64,000 nt of DNA, from assembly GCA_032718475.1 (NCBI GenBank), contig JAUCBJ010008780.1, positions 19,270-83,269 of the forward strand, given 5' to 3'. Origin of the DNA: Nemertoderma westbladi (lineage: Eukaryota; Animalia; Xenacoelomorpha). Each line of letters begins with the position of its first letter. Position 1 is the first letter of the stretch. The position numbers and the translations under genes are program-made. This document shows, in pieces, positions 60,220 to 64,000 of this stretch. The notes below the pieces were generated by a model, which saw only the letters and a program-made list of their open reading frames with translations, searched no databases and was not told the origin of the DNA.

Positions 60220-61737
60220 ATGGCTCCAGAGAGAACTCATGAACAAAATCGCTTGTCAGTTTGCTTGATTTGCATGGGGAAAACTAAGGAAATGCGTAAA
60301 TTGAATACAAATCAAGTAGAAACAATTAAAACATATTTTATTTCGGAATATAGTATATTAGATTCTCGATTACCTTCGGCATTGTGCGGAAATTGTCGAA
60401 CAATAATTGACCAATATGGGAGAGGTAACTTTTCACGAAACATTGAAATGTTTGATTATAACAAGTTATCTTTTCCAAAACCAGCAACAAGAAGAGCAGC
60501 GTACGAAAAGTGTCGATGTTGTTTATGCAATTATGCGCGATGTAGTCAATTTACAAGTAGTGGTAGTAATATTTCTTTTCAGAAGAGAAAACCGCCAGGT
60601 CCTGTTTCTAAGAAGAAGCCCACCCCATCATCGAGTACTACTACTGAACAATCCTCAAATCCTACACCAGTTAAATTATGTAGTAGTTGTTTATCTGTTA
60701 TATCCCGTGGAATAGAACATAAATGCAACAAATCCACACGTCTAGAAACTTGATAGCCTTGTGAGCTGGGGGAACTCCGACATCCAGAGAAAAGTTAGCG
60801 GCCTCAATAATTCGAGGTAAACAAACAAGTTCAGCATCGGATGATGAAATAACCACTCCTGCGATTTATAGTCCCAAAGGAAGATCCGATTTAATACTTG
60901 CAACTCACACTGGCAGGCCTATATCTGTGAAGATTCGTTCCTCAAAAATTGTTGACGATTTCAGCAAAGCCTCAGCGAAAATTATATTGTTTTCAGCAAC
61001 TGACATATCAAAAATTCAACAAAATATTGGATTATCGAGTAAAGGGAAATGTGTAAAGGGAAATTGCGCACGCTTGAAAAATACAGAGCGCAAATTTTGG
61101 AGCTGGTACAATAGTGGCACACCTTCTAATAAAGCAATAGAATATGGAAACTGTGTACATGTGCCACTGTTAAAAGGAGATCTTCCACCGGAATTACATC
61201 CTCTCCTTGGGGGAGTCAATACGATATATGACGCTATGACTAAGATATGACCTGAGTCTGCTGAATGGGCCAAGGTTTGTCATATTGAAAGGGGGGCAAT
61301 TCACGGTGGTTCGTTGGATGGTAACTCATGCAGGAAGTTGCTACGCAACATCGACAAACTTGCTAATATTGAGCCAAAGACAGTTAAGTCGAAACATTTT
61401 ATTGCGGCTTTTCATGGATTGGAAACTGTTGTTGAATCCTGATTTGGGCAAAACTTTTCTTCAAATTCTAAGAACAACATCCGAGACTTCCATAGATGTT
61501 ACACGGCTTTAGGTATCCCATTCACACCTAAGATCCATGCCATTATCCATCACATAGAAGATTTCTGCGACAAAAAAACGGTTAGGCCTTTGAACTTGGT
61601 CCGAACAAGCTTCAGAATCGATACATTCAGAATTTCAGACTAGTTCCTGGTCAAAATACAAGGTACCCTTGATACACCCAAAGTACTCTGAATATCTGTT
61701 ACGAGCCGTTCAAGAATTTAACTCTAAACATTTGTAA
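60220..61737 (+). pseudogene. Chapaev-like transposase, internally deleted and frameshifted
   Basis: Chapa-type N-terminus HEQNRLSVCLIC...LPSALCGNC...CRCCLC...CSSC..H.C; later PELH.LLG, HGGSLDGNSCRKLL, TPKIH, SEQASESIH; AATAAA after the stop. Confidence 0.8.
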
Positions 61738-62401
61738 ATAAACTAAAGTAATATTAATAATATACAATAAATATTATTATTGTTAAATAAATATAAATCA
61801 ATTTTATAATAAATGGATATTTTTAATAAACTTCAGTTTTCTGCATTAGTATATTCCATGCACACATATTTTAATAATTATTAAAAATAATGATTATTAA
61901 AATACTAATTGATATTTATAATTATTTATAATAAGTAAATATCAATACCTAAAATATATTTTATCGATATTTTTTTTAATTTTTGGATTTATCGCATTGC
62001 TTTAACATATAGACACCATTTTTTCTTTCCATATCCATGGGCTAATTTATTTTTGAAAACTAATATTTGTTAGTATTAAATAATTATTAAAATACTTTTA
62101 AATTACTAAAATATATATTGATAGATTTTTTTACATTTTTGTTTCTTTGCATTACTTTAACACATAGACTCCAAATTTCCATGATATATCCATTGGCTAA
62201 TTAATTTATTGGTCACCAATATTTAGAAGTGTTAAATAATTATTAAATTACTTATAAATATAATTTTCTTCGTAAATTTTTTAAATTTTTCGCGAAATCG
62301 GATCATTCAATTTGATCGAAATGAAAGAGTCACAAAATATAACCCAAATTCTTGGGCAAATTTTTTGACAGAAATTTTTTGACAAATTTTTGATCAAATC
62401 T

Positions 62402-63470
62402 TTTGACTTTCATTTAAGATTGTCTATCTCTTGGAGTGGGTTAGAAGTCATGAATATGAAAGTCGATGTCGTTTTTTGTAAAAAATCTGAGGAGATTTTA
62501 ATAAATTATTGCTGAAAAACACCAAGGATTTTGACAAGGATTTAATACTCATTATATTCATGAAATAGCTGAGATATTTGAGGTGAATTATTGTATCACA
62601 TATTAACTTCGGCTCCAGCCGCTTTCGCAATACGATGAAACTATAATAAATATTCCAGAACACAACAATATTAATACGGAGATAGGCTACTTATCTCTCC
62701 ACTCTGAGAGCCTCAAAAAGGGGGTGTTCCGACGCTATCAAAATTCATCCATCTCCTGCGGAAAGACGAAGCAAAGAACAGCTGATTACTTCTATAAAGG
62801 AAAGTGTTACCTGTTCTTTTGACTTTCGTTTAAGATTCTCTATCTCGTGGAGTGGATTAGAAGTTATAAATATGAAAATCGATGTGTTTTTTGAAAAAAA
62901 TCAGAGGATATTTTGATAATTTATTGCTGAAAAACCCCAAGGATTTTGACATGGCTTTAATACTTAATTATATTCATGAAATAGCTGATATATTTGAGCT
63001 GAATTATTGTATCACATATTAACTTCGGCTCCAGCCGCTTTGGCAATACGATGAAACTATAATAAATATTCTAGAACACAACAATATTAACAGGTAGATA
63101 GGCTACTTATCTCTCCATTCTGAGAGCCTCAAAAAGGGGGTGTTCCGACGCTATCAAAATTTATCCATCTCCTGCGGAAAGACGAAGCAAAGAACAGCTG
63201 ATTACTTCTATAAATGAAAGTGTTACCTGCTCCTTTGACTTTCATTTAAGATTCTTTATCTTTTGGAGTGGGTTAGAAGTCATGAATATGAAAATTGATG
63301 ACGTTTTTTGTAAAAAATCTGAGGATATTTTGATAAATTATTGCTGAAAAACCCCAAGGATTTTGACATGGCTTTAATACTTCATTATGTTCATTAAAAA
63401 ACCTGTTTACCTGTTACCTGTTACATGTTACCTGTTTTTTGACTTTCGTTTAAGATTCTTTATCTTGTGG
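62402..63470. repeat. ~417-bp tandem repeat, ~2.4 copies plus a partial start
   Basis: Units start TGACTTT(T)C.TTTAAGATT at ~62403, 62820, 63236, 63440. Confidence 0.9.
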
Positions 63471-63472
63471 AC

Positions 63473-64000
63473 TGTGTGTGAGCGGATTCAATTCCGCTCA
63501 CCATCCCCATAAAAGTTGAGAAGTGGCGTTTTCAGAAATATTGAGGAATACGAGATTAATTACCAACTAATCTCGTATCAACCCCAATAATGGGGACAAC
63601 ACACAACCCCAAGGGTCCACACAAAAGAGGTTAGAGGTCAAGCTACCTCGAGAAGGGAAGTGACAGCAGCGGGGGGGGAAACACTCCCACAGAGGTGGGA
63701 GCCGAGAATTAGGTTATTAGCCAATGAGGGGCGAGGGAAGAGGGTGGGTAGTCCGCTGGGTAGTAAAGGCCACAATAGTGTAGGAGTGAATATACTATCA
63801 GCATGTATCATTTTACCGTTCAGTTATCTCAGTCATCCAGTGCAGATCAGATTTCCGTACCGTCACCGCCATACCGGTATAATGTATTATCAACTCTCAT
63901 TGTCATTGTCAACTGTGCTATCACGTATTATATATATATATCAGTCTATATCAACAACATCAAAACGACAACAACAAACTATTGCCTTTTCCAATTCCAC
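63473..64000 (+). mobile_element. Probable LTR related to the upstream end of element D (runs off window)
   Basis: TG start interrupting the tandem repeat; 63812-63880 resembles the reverse complement of 47077-47152. Confidence 0.45.

Overview
AT-rich eukaryotic (probably invertebrate animal) region made almost entirely of nested transposable elements; no ordinary host gene is evident. It holds at least six BEL/Pao-type LTR retrotransposon copies or fragments. One is a complete, young, RT-less 14.1-kb element (13408-27552, minus strand) with near-identical LTRs, a CTAAT target-site duplication and extra 3' ORFs, inserted into the gag of an older BEL copy. Also present: RTE- and CR1-like LINE pieces, TTAA piggyBac-type and CAC-terminal Chapaev-type non-autonomous DNA elements, a decayed Chapaev transposase and several satellites. 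Standout observations: (1) a 4.6-kb element with AGTAGT...ACTACT Polinton/Maverick-like termini carrying an intact, intronless GTSF1/Asterix-like (PIWI cofactor) gene with its own TATA box, plus a C2H2 ORF and tRNA-like Pol III units; (2) no tRNA-type PBS in the young BEL element, but an 11-nt PBS perfectly complementary to its own LTR, suggesting Tf1-like self-priming; (3) a minimal hammerhead ribozyme between the A and B boxes of a tRNA-like unit; (4) BEL accessory 3' ORFs with zinc knuckles behind a conserved structured RNA. All calls come from reading the sequence and ORF track by eye; no database searches were run.
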